From the IMG/VR virus record IMGVR_UViG_3300017722_005389: a DNA stretch of 64,000 nucleotides; one strand, written 5' to 3'. Made by a program: the position numbers and the translations under genes. Positions 18,858 to 28,149 of this stretch are shown here, in pieces. The stretch comes from a virus. Lineage: Duplodnaviria; Caudoviricetes. The notes under the pieces were generated by a model, which did not search any database, was not told where the DNA came from, and saw only the letters and a program-made list of their open reading frames with translations. Position 1 is the first letter of the stretch; every line of letters begins with the position of its first letter.

Positions 18858-19049
18858 TTATATAAGTTCCCATTTAATTACTGAGTCACTCAGTATGTTT
18901 AATATTTGCCCAGCCTCAAATCTGTCAATTACCGCATACTGAATTGTCAAAGTTTCTTTATCTTTACCCAGTAAAGATTCAGAGGTTCTAAAGGTGCTAC
19001 AAAAACTATTGAATAGTTTTTTGTTGTTTAATTTCATCTGTAGTGTCAT
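18858..19049 (-). CDS. hypothetical protein
   Basis: 63 aa behind a promoter and leader. Confidence 0.6.
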   Translation of the reverse strand: MTLQMKLNNKKLFNSFCSTFRTSESLLGKDKETLTIQYAVIDRFEAGQILNILSDSVIKWELI

Positions 19050-19442
19050 AAGTTAAAGTTTTAATAGTGATTTAATGAGTACAAATTACGATATTATTAT
19101 TGACACTACCAAATTATTTTAGTTAAAATTTTAAAATAATTTTCAAAAGAAAAATCTTTGTTTCTTTTGAACCCAGGTCCAGATTGCCCAGATTGCCCAG
19201 ATATAACTCTAATGATTAAAATTTTGCCATCTGAGACGCTTTTAGCTATTCAGTAACATCTTAGCCCAGACTGGTATAAAAGTGTCTTAGATCGAAGATT
19301 GTCACAAATTATTACTATAATTGGGACAAATTTAATGATCATTCGCAAAAAAAATAGACTACCAAAAGAAAATTATTGATCTACATTTGGTAGTCTATTA
19401 TACTTATCGCAAAAAAAAAGCTACCATAAAGGTAGCCTTAAT

Positions 19443-19610
19443 TTATCTTACAATGTATGCACTATCTTTGACAAACATTACCTTGAGCGTATCATCACCG
19501 CTCCATTGGTAGTTGTCTGGTGTTACAGCAGATGCAGATGCAGTTTCAAAATTTTGCAGCAGAAAATAAGCCACAACAACTAGTACTACTAATATCAGAA
19601 AATCTTTCAT
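19443..19610 (-). CDS. small membrane-anchored protein (55 aa)
   Basis: MKDFLILVVLVVVAYFLLQ... Confidence 0.6.
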   Translation of the reverse strand: MKDFLILVVLVVVAYFLLQNFETASASAVTPDNYQWSGDDTLKVMFVKDSAYIVR

Positions 19611-19636
19611 AAGTGTAAGTTTTAATAGTGAAGTAA

Positions 19637-19771
19637 TTATCTTTGGCTTGATTTAACACAATTGGCTACGCTTGGTGCTTGATGAGCAATCTGTGAAGTT
19701 TCAAGTAATAGAACCTCTACAAGCATTCCATTTATGAACATTACAAGTTTTTCTTCATTTTTGGATTTCAT
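19637..19771 (-). CDS. small hypothetical protein
   Basis: Start at MKSKNEE after a cassette element. Confidence 0.5.
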   Translation of the reverse strand: MKSKNEEKLVMFINGMLVEVLLLETSQIAHQAPSVANCVKSSQR

Positions 19772-19890
19772 TGGTAGTGAATTTAAATGGTAAATTAAAT
19801 ATAGTGTAAAATTACAAAAGAAAGTTGGCATTTCAAAATAAATTACCAACTTTCTTTTGTGTAAACCCAAAATTTTTCTTTTGAAATAAT

Positions 19891-20247
19891 TTAATTTATT
19901 CTGACACCATTTTTGAATGTAACTATAAAGCAGTCTCTGAACATTGTTCGTCTGTAGTATGAATGCTTTATATAGGCATCAGCTAAATCTTCTGAAGGAA
20001 TTAAAACTCTGTAGATTATTTTTCCATCTTTCAGACAAGCAGTCTCAAATTCATAGGCATCAATAACCTGTTCATGAAACTTAGGTTTCTGCATCAGCAT
20101 TTCTAGGTTTGATGTTGAAGCTATCTGTACTGCATATTGAATTTTATCGGGTACACAAGGAACTGTTTTGTTATCGGTGCTATCAATTGATTGCCCAAAA
20201 GAAAAAGTTGCTGTAACGACAAATAATGCGATTAAAATCTTTTTCAT
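19891..20247 (-). CDS. exported SPOR-domain-like protein
   Basis: Signal peptide; YAVQIAS ... IYRVLI ... DCFIV pattern. Confidence 0.55.
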   Translation of the reverse strand: MKKILIALFVVTATFSFGQSIDSTDNKTVPCVPDKIQYAVQIASTSNLEMLMQKPKFHEQVIDAYEFETACLKDGKIIYRVLIPSEDLADAYIKHSYYRRTMFRDCFIVTFKNGVRIN

Positions 20248-20253
20248 AAAGTT

Positions 20254-20412
20254 TTATTTTGTGTTTGAAGTAATGATTTTTATTATAGCTAAAACGAATG
20301 CTGTCCTTTCAGACATTGTTTCTTTCAGTTTAGCAAACGTTCTGTCGAACTCAGATTGATTTTCTTTTGAAATTTCAATCTTATAATTGAGTTTTGATAT
20401 GTTAACTTTCAT
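20254..20412 (-). CDS. small hypothetical protein
   Basis: Start at MKVNISK. Confidence 0.55.
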   Translation of the reverse strand: MKVNISKLNYKIEISKENQSEFDRTFAKLKETMSERTAFVLAIIKIITSNTK

Positions 20413-20503
20413 TTTTAATAATGAGTGAATTAAATTAGAAAACAAAATTAAAAAAGAAAGTTGGCATTTCAAAATAAATTACCAACTTTCTTTTGAATGA
20501 ATT

Positions 20504-20743
20504 TTATACCGCAATTAACCAATCAGTAACACCCCAATTTACTGAACTTGTAACCGAATAACCTTTTCTCCTAAGTCTATCAGCTACGATAGGCATATAC
20601 ATAAATTCCTCTACAGACCAACCAAATGAGGGTGCATCTTTGCAAGTTGTAAAGGTAGTGGTTAAACTATTACCACTTAACCAACCTTCAATTCTGTTCT
20701 GTAGTTCAGTAATGAACTGCTCTTTTCTTTCTAATGCTGTCAT
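20504..20743 (-). CDS. hypothetical protein
   Basis: 79 aa in a cassette. Confidence 0.65.
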   Translation of the reverse strand: MTALERKEQFITELQNRIEGWLSGNSLTTTFTTCKDAPSFGWSVEEFMYMPIVADRLRRKGYSVTSSVNWGVTDWLIAV

Positions 20744-20891
20744 AAGTTATAAAATTTTAATAGTGAGTGAAATAAAATAAGTGCGTAAGTGATTTAATTG
20801 ACCTTACAAAGGTAAGGATTAGTTTTATTATTTCAAAAGAAAATTCAAACTTTCTTTCGTATACTTTGAATTTTCTTTTGAAATGTTTTTT

Positions 20892-21065
20892 TTATCTGTT
20901 GATATACTGAATTCTCTGGCTTACTACCAGCATATTGATAAAGAATAATACACAAAAAAGAAGCGAATAAAATGTACCAAATAATATAGCTGCACACATA
21001 ATGCTAACAGCAGCAGCAGCCGAAAATAAAATGATAACAATAGCTGAAATGAATTGAGTTTTCAT
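20892..21065 (-). CDS. small membrane protein
   Basis: MKTQFISAIVII..., two TM segments. Confidence 0.6.
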   Translation of the reverse strand: MKTQFISAIVIILFSAAAAVSIMCAAILFGTFYSLLFCVLFFINMLVVSQRIQYINR

Positions 21066-21126
21066 AGTAAAAGTTTTTAAAGTGAGTTTAATATTTGCAG
21101 TTGGCTGGATGCTACACCCAGAATTT

Positions 21127-21396
21127 TCATTCAATTATATACCCTTTCATTTTTTTGGCACATTCATTTCCAATTGGAAACATTCCTTGTGTTTCAGCAC
21201 CTGTCATTTCAAGACATTTTTCATCAGTTATTGATGGATGAACAGCCAACCAATTTGTATTCATATGAACGTATTTTTTATCATTTGCTTTCATTGGTTT
21301 GCCACAACAAATGCACTGGTCTTCTGCCTGACCATATTTGTCCAAATTGCTGTCTAACATTGGGGAAACATAGAGTTCCTTTGTAATCTGTTCCAT
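21127..21396 (-). CDS. putative zinc-binding protein
   Basis: CICCGK ... FPIGNECAKK. Confidence 0.65.
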   Translation of the reverse strand: MEQITKELYVSPMLDSNLDKYGQAEDQCICCGKPMKANDKKYVHMNTNWLAVHPSITDEKCLEMTGAETQGMFPIGNECAKKMKGYIIE

Positions 21397-21458
21397 AATA
21401 GTAAATTTTTAAAGTGAGTTTAATATTTGCAGTTGGTCGGATACTGCGCCCCGAATGA

Positions 21459-21716
21459 TTATTCTGTAAGTTGTGTTGGCATTTTAAACCAATCTGCTGG
21501 CTCATACGAGCCAATTATAATGTCAACACAATTGATTGTCACATAGAACGCATTACAATTGTCCAAATATGGGTCGGAATCAAAAAATTCCAACTTGTAT
21601 TTGCCGTTATTGGTTTCAATAACATCAACAAACCCATAGGTTCTATTGTATTGAACCATAATGTTTTTTACATACTGCCAATCCGATTGGCTTGCTTTAT
21701 AATCTGACTTTGCCAT
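21459..21716 (-). CDS. hypothetical protein
   Basis: ~85 aa. Confidence 0.6.
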   Translation of the reverse strand: MAKSDYKASQSDWQYVKNIMVQYNRTYGFVDVIETNNGKYKLEFFDSDPYLDNCNAFYVTINCVDIIIGSYEPADWFKMPTQLTE

Positions 21717-21815
21717 AATTATCAATTTTTAATAGTGTCCAACAAAGGTAGTGATTAGTTCTGAATAATCATAATTATTTCAAAAGAAAATTCAAATTAT
21801 TTTCTAAAGAAAAAA

Positions 21816-22067
21816 TCAGTTCAAGCTTGACATATACGATAGCTTATCCTGGCTGTGTCCAAGTCTGAAATAGACATCAGCTAAGAACAAAAACTTTTGT
21901 CTAAGTGCAGACTCACTATGTTCAAAAATTTCAGTCTCAAGTTCAATTGTCTCTGCAATTTCAGCTATCAGTTTCAAAGTTTCTGAAGCTATCTTTAGAT
22001 CAGAAATTGTCGGCTTGTCCAATAGCCTATTAAATAGATCGAAATTCATTTGAATTATTTTTCTCAT
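21816..22067 (-). CDS. hypothetical protein
   Basis: Start at MRKIIQ, after a GGGGCTTTCGCCCC hairpin. Confidence 0.55.
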   Translation of the reverse strand: MRKIIQMNFDLFNRLLDKPTISDLKIASETLKLIAEIAETIELETEIFEHSESALRQKFLFLADVYFRLGHSQDKLSYMSSLN

Positions 22068-22110
22068 ATGTATTTTTATTTGTGGGGGGCTTTCGCCCCC
22101 CGATGAATAA

Positions 22111-23094
22111 TTATTCTGCTTCTGCTTCGGTTGGTTCAACTGCTGTTGCCAATGAACGTCCAAGTATCAGTTCAACTGCTTTTTTTGCCTCGTTGACTGC
22201 CTTGAATATCCACTTAGGCTCACTTTCAAGTTTCGATATCCAACCGTTCAGATATGCTTGAGAGTTTTGAACGTTCATTTGGATGCCTGACAACTCGCAA
22301 AGCATTCCTGCGCCTATTTCGGCTATCAGTTCTTCATAGCTGTACTGATGACTACCAAAGCGGTCAAATTGCGCTACACCTTGTCGGTTCAATTTGTCCA
22401 TGTTACCAGTGCTATGCACCAATTCATGGAATAGGGTTTGATAGTAAGCATCGGAACTTACAAATTGTCCAATACTCGGCATATACAATATGTTAAATTG
22501 TGGGCTGTATGCAGCACTATTCGATTCAATGATTTTGGGGCAATTTGCATAGCCTTTCAAGATGCTTTCGCCATTGTCCAAAATTGGGTTGTTTTTCGCT
22601 TCGGGAATGTACTTAGACATATCCCAATTTAAATGGTCTATTGAAAATACCACAAACCCTTTTACAGTTGGAAAACTGTATGTCTTTTTTTCGCCATTGC
22701 TGTCCAAGATAGGATTGCCATTGGCATCTTTGCATTCCTTTGTTATCGGTGTTACTCGAATAAGGTGCAGACCTTTCGCACCCTTTTTAATTGGGAAAGG
22801 TACAGCAGCACCTTTGCTATCGACATAACCGTTACCTTGCTTTTTGTAGCCAAGCTTTTTTGCAGCACCTGCAACTGTAGCATAGTGCGCTTGAACGCCA
22901 TACATAGATGCATGGAGATTCGCCCAAAATGCATTTGAACCTGTGTATACGCTGTCATAAGCTACATTGCCTACAATAGATGTTATCCAAGGCTTTTGCC
23001 ATCCGACAATCCCTTGTTTCAAACCGTTAATGAATAGTTCTGTAATCTTAGCTTCAACAGAAGCTTCGACATTAGCATTTTTAGTGTACGCCAT
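22111..23094 (-). CDS. ardC: ArdC-like ssDNA-binding antirestriction protein with zincin-like domain
   Basis: WQKPW, Y.G.N, IKKGAKG, YYQTLFHELVHSTG, FGSHQYSYEELIAEIGA. Confidence 0.85.
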   Translation of the reverse strand: MAYTKNANVEASVEAKITELFINGLKQGIVGWQKPWITSIVGNVAYDSVYTGSNAFWANLHASMYGVQAHYATVAGAAKKLGYKKQGNGYVDSKGAAVPFPIKKGAKGLHLIRVTPITKECKDANGNPILDSNGEKKTYSFPTVKGFVVFSIDHLNWDMSKYIPEAKNNPILDNGESILKGYANCPKIIESNSAAYSPQFNILYMPSIGQFVSSDAYYQTLFHELVHSTGNMDKLNRQGVAQFDRFGSHQYSYEELIAEIGAGMLCELSGIQMNVQNSQAYLNGWISKLESEPKWIFKAVNEAKKAVELILGRSLATAVEPTEAEAE

Positions 23095-23171
23095 AATAGT
23101 GAGTTTAAAAGTGAAATAATAAGTACAAAAATATGCAAAAGTTTTGAAACGGCAAAATTTTAAATGTTAAA

Positions 23172-23530
23172 TTTTTAAAATATTTTTTGTAGCCGTAACT
23201 ACCTTTGCAAATATCTTGAGACAAAGATATAACAAGTTTTTTAATTATTCAAATTTATTTTTACCTCAAAAGAACTTTTTTAAATTCCAAATTTTTTAAC
23301 AATTTTAACTAAAAAAAATTCTGGCATTGTAATATACAACATATACGACAAATTGTATAATATACGACGTATACGACAAATTGTAATATACGAGATATAC
23401 GACAGATTATATAATATACGAAGATTTCAATCTGAGGTAGGTTTGGATTAATCCTACCTTCGAATTTACTCTCAGAGATATGCTCTATCAATTAGCTATA
23501 CAAAGGTATGCATAATAGTTGACATTTCAA
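23172..23530 (-). repeat. direct repeat copy B (copy A at 18165-18470)
   Basis: Near-identical to copy A with an expanded TATACG tract. Confidence 0.85.
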
Positions 23531-23840
23531 AATTATTTCAAAAGAAAATTTAAAATATTTTCAAAATAAAATGATCAAAAAATTTGGATATATCAAATTT
23601 CCGCCTGTGCCATTTTCTCTCAAAAGATGACTCTATATATCAAAAGAAAATAAAGTTTCTTCTGAGGGCAAATCTGAGCGTTCTGAGGGGTAAATCTGAG
23701 GCTATCTTAGGGTAAATCTGAGGCTATCTGAATCTAAACTGATAGCCAGATTTTGATATACGACATATACGACATATACGAAAAATTGATAGCCAGATTT
23801 TGATATACGACAAACTGATATAAGCATAAAAAAAAGTCCC

Positions 23841-24083
23841 TTATAGGGACTCAAATTCAGAAGGGGTTATACTATAAGCTTCAGGTGAATACCATCCTGC
23901 TGTAACGTAATTCCAATTGTAATTTTTAGTTTTTGCGTCAGTATGAATATGTATGCTACCATATTTATTTATTCCGTTAAATATGGCATTAGTGCATTTT
24001 ACATCTGAGCAATAATAATTACCCTCTTTTTTAATGCTTTCTACATTAACTCTTTGCCCGATTTTAAAATTTGTGTGTTCCAT
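23841..24083 (-). CDS. hypothetical protein
   Basis: 80 aa between a long spacer and a terminator. Confidence 0.65.
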   Translation of the reverse strand: MEHTNFKIGQRVNVESIKKEGNYYCSDVKCTNAIFNGINKYGSIHIHTDAKTKNYNWNYVTAGWYSPEAYSITPSEFESL

Positions 24084-24410
24084 AAGAAGTAAATTTAATA
24101 GTGATAAATAATTGACCTTACAAAAGTATACTTTATCTTGATATTATTATAACTTTTTTTACTTTATTTTCAAAAATAAAAAATTTAACTAAATTTATTT
24201 GGAAATATCAAATCTCCATTCTGGGGCATTATTTTTCAAAAGTCAACATAGTGTCCAACTGATGACATAAAATGGCTCAAAACCCGGTTTTTGTGGCTTC
24301 TGAAGGCATCTGAACGTTCTGAATGCATCTGATAACCCCGATGAATGATATACTAAAAAATTACCTATAGGCAATAAAAAAACCCCGAAAGGGGTTTTTG
24401 TTCATTGTGT
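24084..24410 (-). repeat. ~330-bp terminator-spacer-promoter repeat R1
   Basis: High identity to R2-R6. Confidence 0.85.
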
Positions 24411-24427
24411 AAAGTTTTTTATAAATT

Positions 24428-24667
24428 TTATAGTTCAATTAAAATTGTTTTTCCAACTTCAAACAAATGCTCAAAGCCTTTTTTGTCCATGTCGGTATAA
24501 ACACCGCAATGAAATGTACTGCCTAATCCGTTACGGCAAATCATAGTGCCGTAGATTATTTTAGAATCTGCACTTACTTCGATGTGAGTTTCTTGTAAGT
24601 TTTTAGATTCTTCTGTATCCCAATACTGAGCTAATAAAGCTAATTTTAAATCATTGATAGTTTTCAT
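24428..24667 (-). CDS. hypothetical protein
   Basis: 79 aa. Confidence 0.65.
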   Translation of the reverse strand: MKTINDLKLALLAQYWDTEESKNLQETHIEVSADSKIIYGTMICRNGLGSTFHCGVYTDMDKKGFEHLFEVGKTILIEL

Positions 24668-24998
24668 TGAATAGTAGTGTTTAAAGTGAATTAAATAATT
24701 TACCTTACAAAGGTATACTTTGTTTTTATATTATTATAATTTTTTTTGCTTTATTTTCAAAAATAAAAAATTTAACTAAATTTATTTTGAAATATCAAAT
24801 TTCGATTCTGGGGCATTGTTTTTCCTTAGAAGGTATAAGATGTCCAAATGTCAATAAAATGCTCTCTGAGGGCAAATCTGAGTGTTCTGAATGCATCTGA
24901 ACGTTCTAATGACATCTGATAACCCCAATAAATGATATACTAAAAAATTACCTATAGGCAATAAAAAAACCCCTTTCGGGGTTTCTGTTTTGATAAAT
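24668..24998 (-). repeat. ~330-bp repeat R2
   Basis: Leader ATAGTAGTGTTTAAAGTGAATTAAA, CAAAGGTATACTTTG, TCTGA repeats, CCCCTTTCGGGG terminator. Confidence 0.9.
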
Positions 24999-25325
24999 TT
25001 AATCGTTTTTGAAGATTTTAGAAAATAATTGGTCAATACCAAATCCTAATACTTGATGTTTTGTACCATTCATTTCAAAATGACATTCAATCTCGATGCC
25101 ATATATTGTTTTACCTGTACCCACACAAACTAATGTATCGCCAAAATCTGCTTTATTTGGAAGATACAATTCATAGCTTTGACTACCATAATAGCCATCG
25201 TGATAGGTGTACCCACCCCCACCAGTTGATAGGGCTAATACTTGCTGGCTGTTACGAATTTTAATTTTTGTTCCATAGTAATTGATATAATAATCAACAG
25301 ATTTTAAAGATTTTTGCGTTGTCAT
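24999..25325 (-). CDS. hypothetical protein
   Basis: 108 aa. Confidence 0.7.
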   Translation of the reverse strand: MTTQKSLKSVDYYINYYGTKIKIRNSQQVLALSTGGGGYTYHDGYYGSQSYELYLPNKADFGDTLVCVGTGKTIYGIEIECHFEMNGTKHQVLGFGIDQLFSKIFKND

Positions 25326-25642
25326 AATAGTAGTGTTTAAAGTGAATTAAATTATTGACCTTACAAAGGTATACTTTGTTTTTATATTATTATAACTTTT
25401 TTTACTTTATTTTCAAAAATAAAAATTTTAACTAAATTTATTTGGAAATATCAAATTTCGATTCTGGGGCATTATTTTTCTTCAGAAGGTATAAGATGTC
25501 CAAATGCCAATAAAATGCTTTCTGAGGGCAAATCTGAACGTTCTGAAGGCATCTGAACGTTCTGAAGGTATCTGATAACCCCGATGAATGATATACGACA
25601 ATTTGATATAGGGACAAAAAAAATCCCCTTTCGGGGACTTTT
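25326..25642 (-). repeat. ~320-bp repeat R3
   Basis: As R2. Confidence 0.9.
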
Positions 25643-25942
25643 TTAAAAAAAAGAAATTTCAATTTCTTTTTTTTGTGTTATTAACTCATATCGGCTCTCG
25701 CCAACATATTTGCGAGAAACGATATGTTTATTTTTTTGTATGTAAAATGTTCCCTTTATAATTAATACATCGCCCTTTGGCGATGCTTTCCAATGGATAA
25801 TGTCAGTTACAGTTACTGACACCATTGTTATTTGCCTATTATAAGTTATAGGTACAATAATTCTGTCACCTATGGTGTTTGGGCAATAATCGTACGTTAA
25901 GTTAGTTAGGCAGTTGTTTCTAACAATTGTTACCTTTTTCAT
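25643..25942 (-). CDS. hypothetical protein
   Basis: 99 aa. Confidence 0.65.
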   Translation of the reverse strand: MKKVTIVRNNCLTNLTYDYCPNTIGDRIIVPITYNRQITMVSVTVTDIIHWKASPKGDVLIIKGTFYIQKNKHIVSRKYVGESRYELITQKKEIEISFF

Positions 25943-26279
25943 AATAGTAGTGTTTAAAGTGAATTAAATTAATGACCTTACAAAGGTATACTTTATCTTG
26001 ATATTATTATAATTTTTTTTGCTTTATTTTCAAAAATAAAAAATTTAACTAAATTTATTTGGAAATATCAAATCTCCATTCTGGGGCATTATTTTTCTTT
26101 AGAAGGTATATGACATCCAAAAGATAATAAAATGCACTCAGAGGGCAAATCTGAGTGTTCTGAATGCATCTGAGTGTTCTGAATGCATCTGAGTGTTCTG
26201 AATGCATCGGATAACCCCAATAAATGATATACTAAAAAATTACCTATAGGCAATAAAAAAACCCCTTTCGGGGTTTCTG
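25943..26279 (-). repeat. ~335-bp repeat R4
   Basis: As R2; contains about three tandem 19-nt TTCTGAATGCATCTGAGTG units. Confidence 0.9.
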
Positions 26280-26609
26280 TTATATTGCCCAAACACCACC
26301 GCAACCACAATTAGATTCTTCGGGTTCTTTGCGATTCCCACAATCGCAGTATATCAAATCTTCGTAGGCTTTTTCAGCCTCGAATAATGCACTTTCGGTG
26401 GCATAGCCTTTGCGAGAATAACCATCCCAACCTTTGAGTTTAGAACTCAATTGCGAGAGGTTTTTTTCCGCTTGTTGCAACTTTGTAAGTTGCGTTGGTT
26501 GTGTTGGCATTTTGAACCAATCCTGCTTTAGCAACCAATCCTGATACCATTTAGGGGTATTAGAAAAATTTTCGCCTTTGTACTTTCCGAATTTAAGAAT
26601 GAAGTTCAT
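26280..26609 (-). CDS. DUF3820/QSregVF_b-like protein with C-terminal Cys motif
   Basis: LKFGKYKG.....P.WY..WL motif; C-terminal CDCG...NCGCG. Confidence 0.6.
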   Translation of the reverse strand: MNFILKFGKYKGENFSNTPKWYQDWLLKQDWFKMPTQPTQLTKLQQAEKNLSQLSSKLKGWDGYSRKGYATESALFEAEKAYEDLIYCDCGNRKEPEESNCGCGGVWAI

Positions 26610-26951
26610 AATAGTAGTGTTTAAAGTGAATTAAATTAATGACCTTACAAAGATATACTTTGTTTTTATATTATTATAATTTTTTCTACTTTATTTTCAA
26701 AAATAAAAAATTTAACTAAATTTATTTGGAAATATCAAATTTCGATTCTGGAGCATTGTTTTTCCTTAGAAGGTATAAGATGTCCAAATGCCAATAAAAT
26801 GCTTTCTGAGGGCAAATCTGAGCGTTCTGTAGGCATCTGAGTGTAAATCTGTCCGACATTCAATTGCCCGATAGATAATATGCTACATTGCTTTATGGTA
26901 TACTAAAAAATGTCCAATGGGCAAAAAAAAAGCCCCTTTCGGGGCTGTTGG
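26610..26951 (-). repeat. ~340-bp repeat R5
   Basis: As R2, right half diverged. Confidence 0.85.
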
Positions 26952-27605
26952 TTATTCGTTTACTACAATGGTTTCACCCATTGCTTTCAGCGTATGTATC
27001 GCTGAAACTTTGAATTGGCGGAATTTACCGCTTTTCATTTTAGACCTTAATATGTCTTTCGCTTTAGTTAATGCATACCTTGTGTCGGTTTTTTCAGTTT
27101 CGCTTTCGGTGACTACAACTTTGTCCCGAACTTGAAACCCGAACACAAAATATTCGTTTGTTGTCGGGTTGAACTTGAACCCATTGTCCAAGATTTCATA
27201 GGCAGATTTTTGCCCTTTGCTTCTGTTGTAGGCTGTTTGAACATCTTTAGCAGTGCAGTTTATGTCAGCTTTAGTGCCAATTCCCGAAAGGAATTGAACA
27301 ACCAATCCTGCAATATGCGTGAAATCTGCATCCGCTTTAAAATGGCGCAAATAATCAGCAATTTTGAATGCTTTTAATAGCTCAACACGAGCCGTTTCAA
27401 GCAGCATATCTTTGTCGCTGAAATTTAGCGACATAAGATAATTGAAATCGTCAGATTTAGCCTTTTCAAGGCTGTAACCGACATTTATCAGTTGGTTTTG
27501 AACTTCGCCAAGTTCATTTGTGTAGCCATTGATAGCTACAAAACTTGTACCTTTAATTTGGCTTAGTGTAGCCTTAACAGTTTCAAAAGACATTACATTT
27601 GTCAT
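26952..27605 (-). CDS. hypothetical protein, homolog of 11187-11690
   Basis: Shared motifs plus a ~45-aa insertion. Confidence 0.75.
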   Translation of the reverse strand: MTNVMSFETVKATLSQIKGTSFVAINGYTNELGEVQNQLINVGYSLEKAKSDDFNYLMSLNFSDKDMLLETARVELLKAFKIADYLRHFKADADFTHIAGLVVQFLSGIGTKADINCTAKDVQTAYNRSKGQKSAYEILDNGFKFNPTTNEYFVFGFQVRDKVVVTESETEKTDTRYALTKAKDILRSKMKSGKFRQFKVSAIHTLKAMGETIVVNE

Positions 27606-27860
27606 AATAGTAGTGTTTAAAGTGAATTAAATAATTGACCTTACAAAGGTCTTATTTTATTTTATATTATTATAATTTTTTCTACTTTATTTTCAAAAAT
27701 AAAAAATTTAACATAAAAAATTTGGAAATATCAAATTTCGATTCTGAAGCGTTATTTTTCAAAAGTCAACATAGTGTCCAACTAATGACATAAAATGGCT
27801 CAAAACCCGGTTTTTGTGGCTTCTGAAGGCATATAAGGTTCTTTAGAAAATCAATATTTT
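27606..27860 (-). repeat. repeat R6 (partial)
   Basis: Right part matches the R1 variant (GTCAACATAGTGTCCAACT...GGCTCAAAACCCGG). Confidence 0.8.
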
Positions 27861-27868
27861 TTCTTTAG

Positions 27869-28148
27869 AAGGTGTCCGATATACTAAAGTTTTATTATAT
27901 ACGAATGTGTCCAATGTACGTTGTATACGTTATATACGAATGTGTCCAATGTACGCTGTATACGTTATATGCGAATGTGTCCAATGTACGCTGTATACGT
28001 TATATACGAAGGTGTCCGATATACTAAAGTTTTATTATATACGAATGTGTCCAATGTACGTTGTATACGTTATATACGAATGTGTCCAATGTACGCTGTA
28101 TACGTTATATACGAATGTGTCCAATGTACGTTGTATACGTTATATACA
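27869..28148. repeat. 8 x 35-bp tandem repeat in a 2 x 140-bp higher-order unit
   Basis: Units start at 27869, 27904, 27939, 27974, 28009, 28044, 28079, 28114 (AATGTGTCCAATGTACGYTGTATACGTTATATACG and an AAGGTGTCCGAT variant). Confidence 0.9.
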
Positions 28149-28149
28149 C

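Noticed and set aside
5635-19859. Integron attC sites
   Set aside because: GTT/AAC cores are in the wrong order for R''/R' boxes, there are no extrahelical-base patterns or integrase, and the elements contain promoters
24851-26310. ORFs 24851-25042, 25438-25662 and 26089-26310
   Set aside because: They lie wholly within the ~330-bp spacers and cross terminators; frame is not conserved among copies
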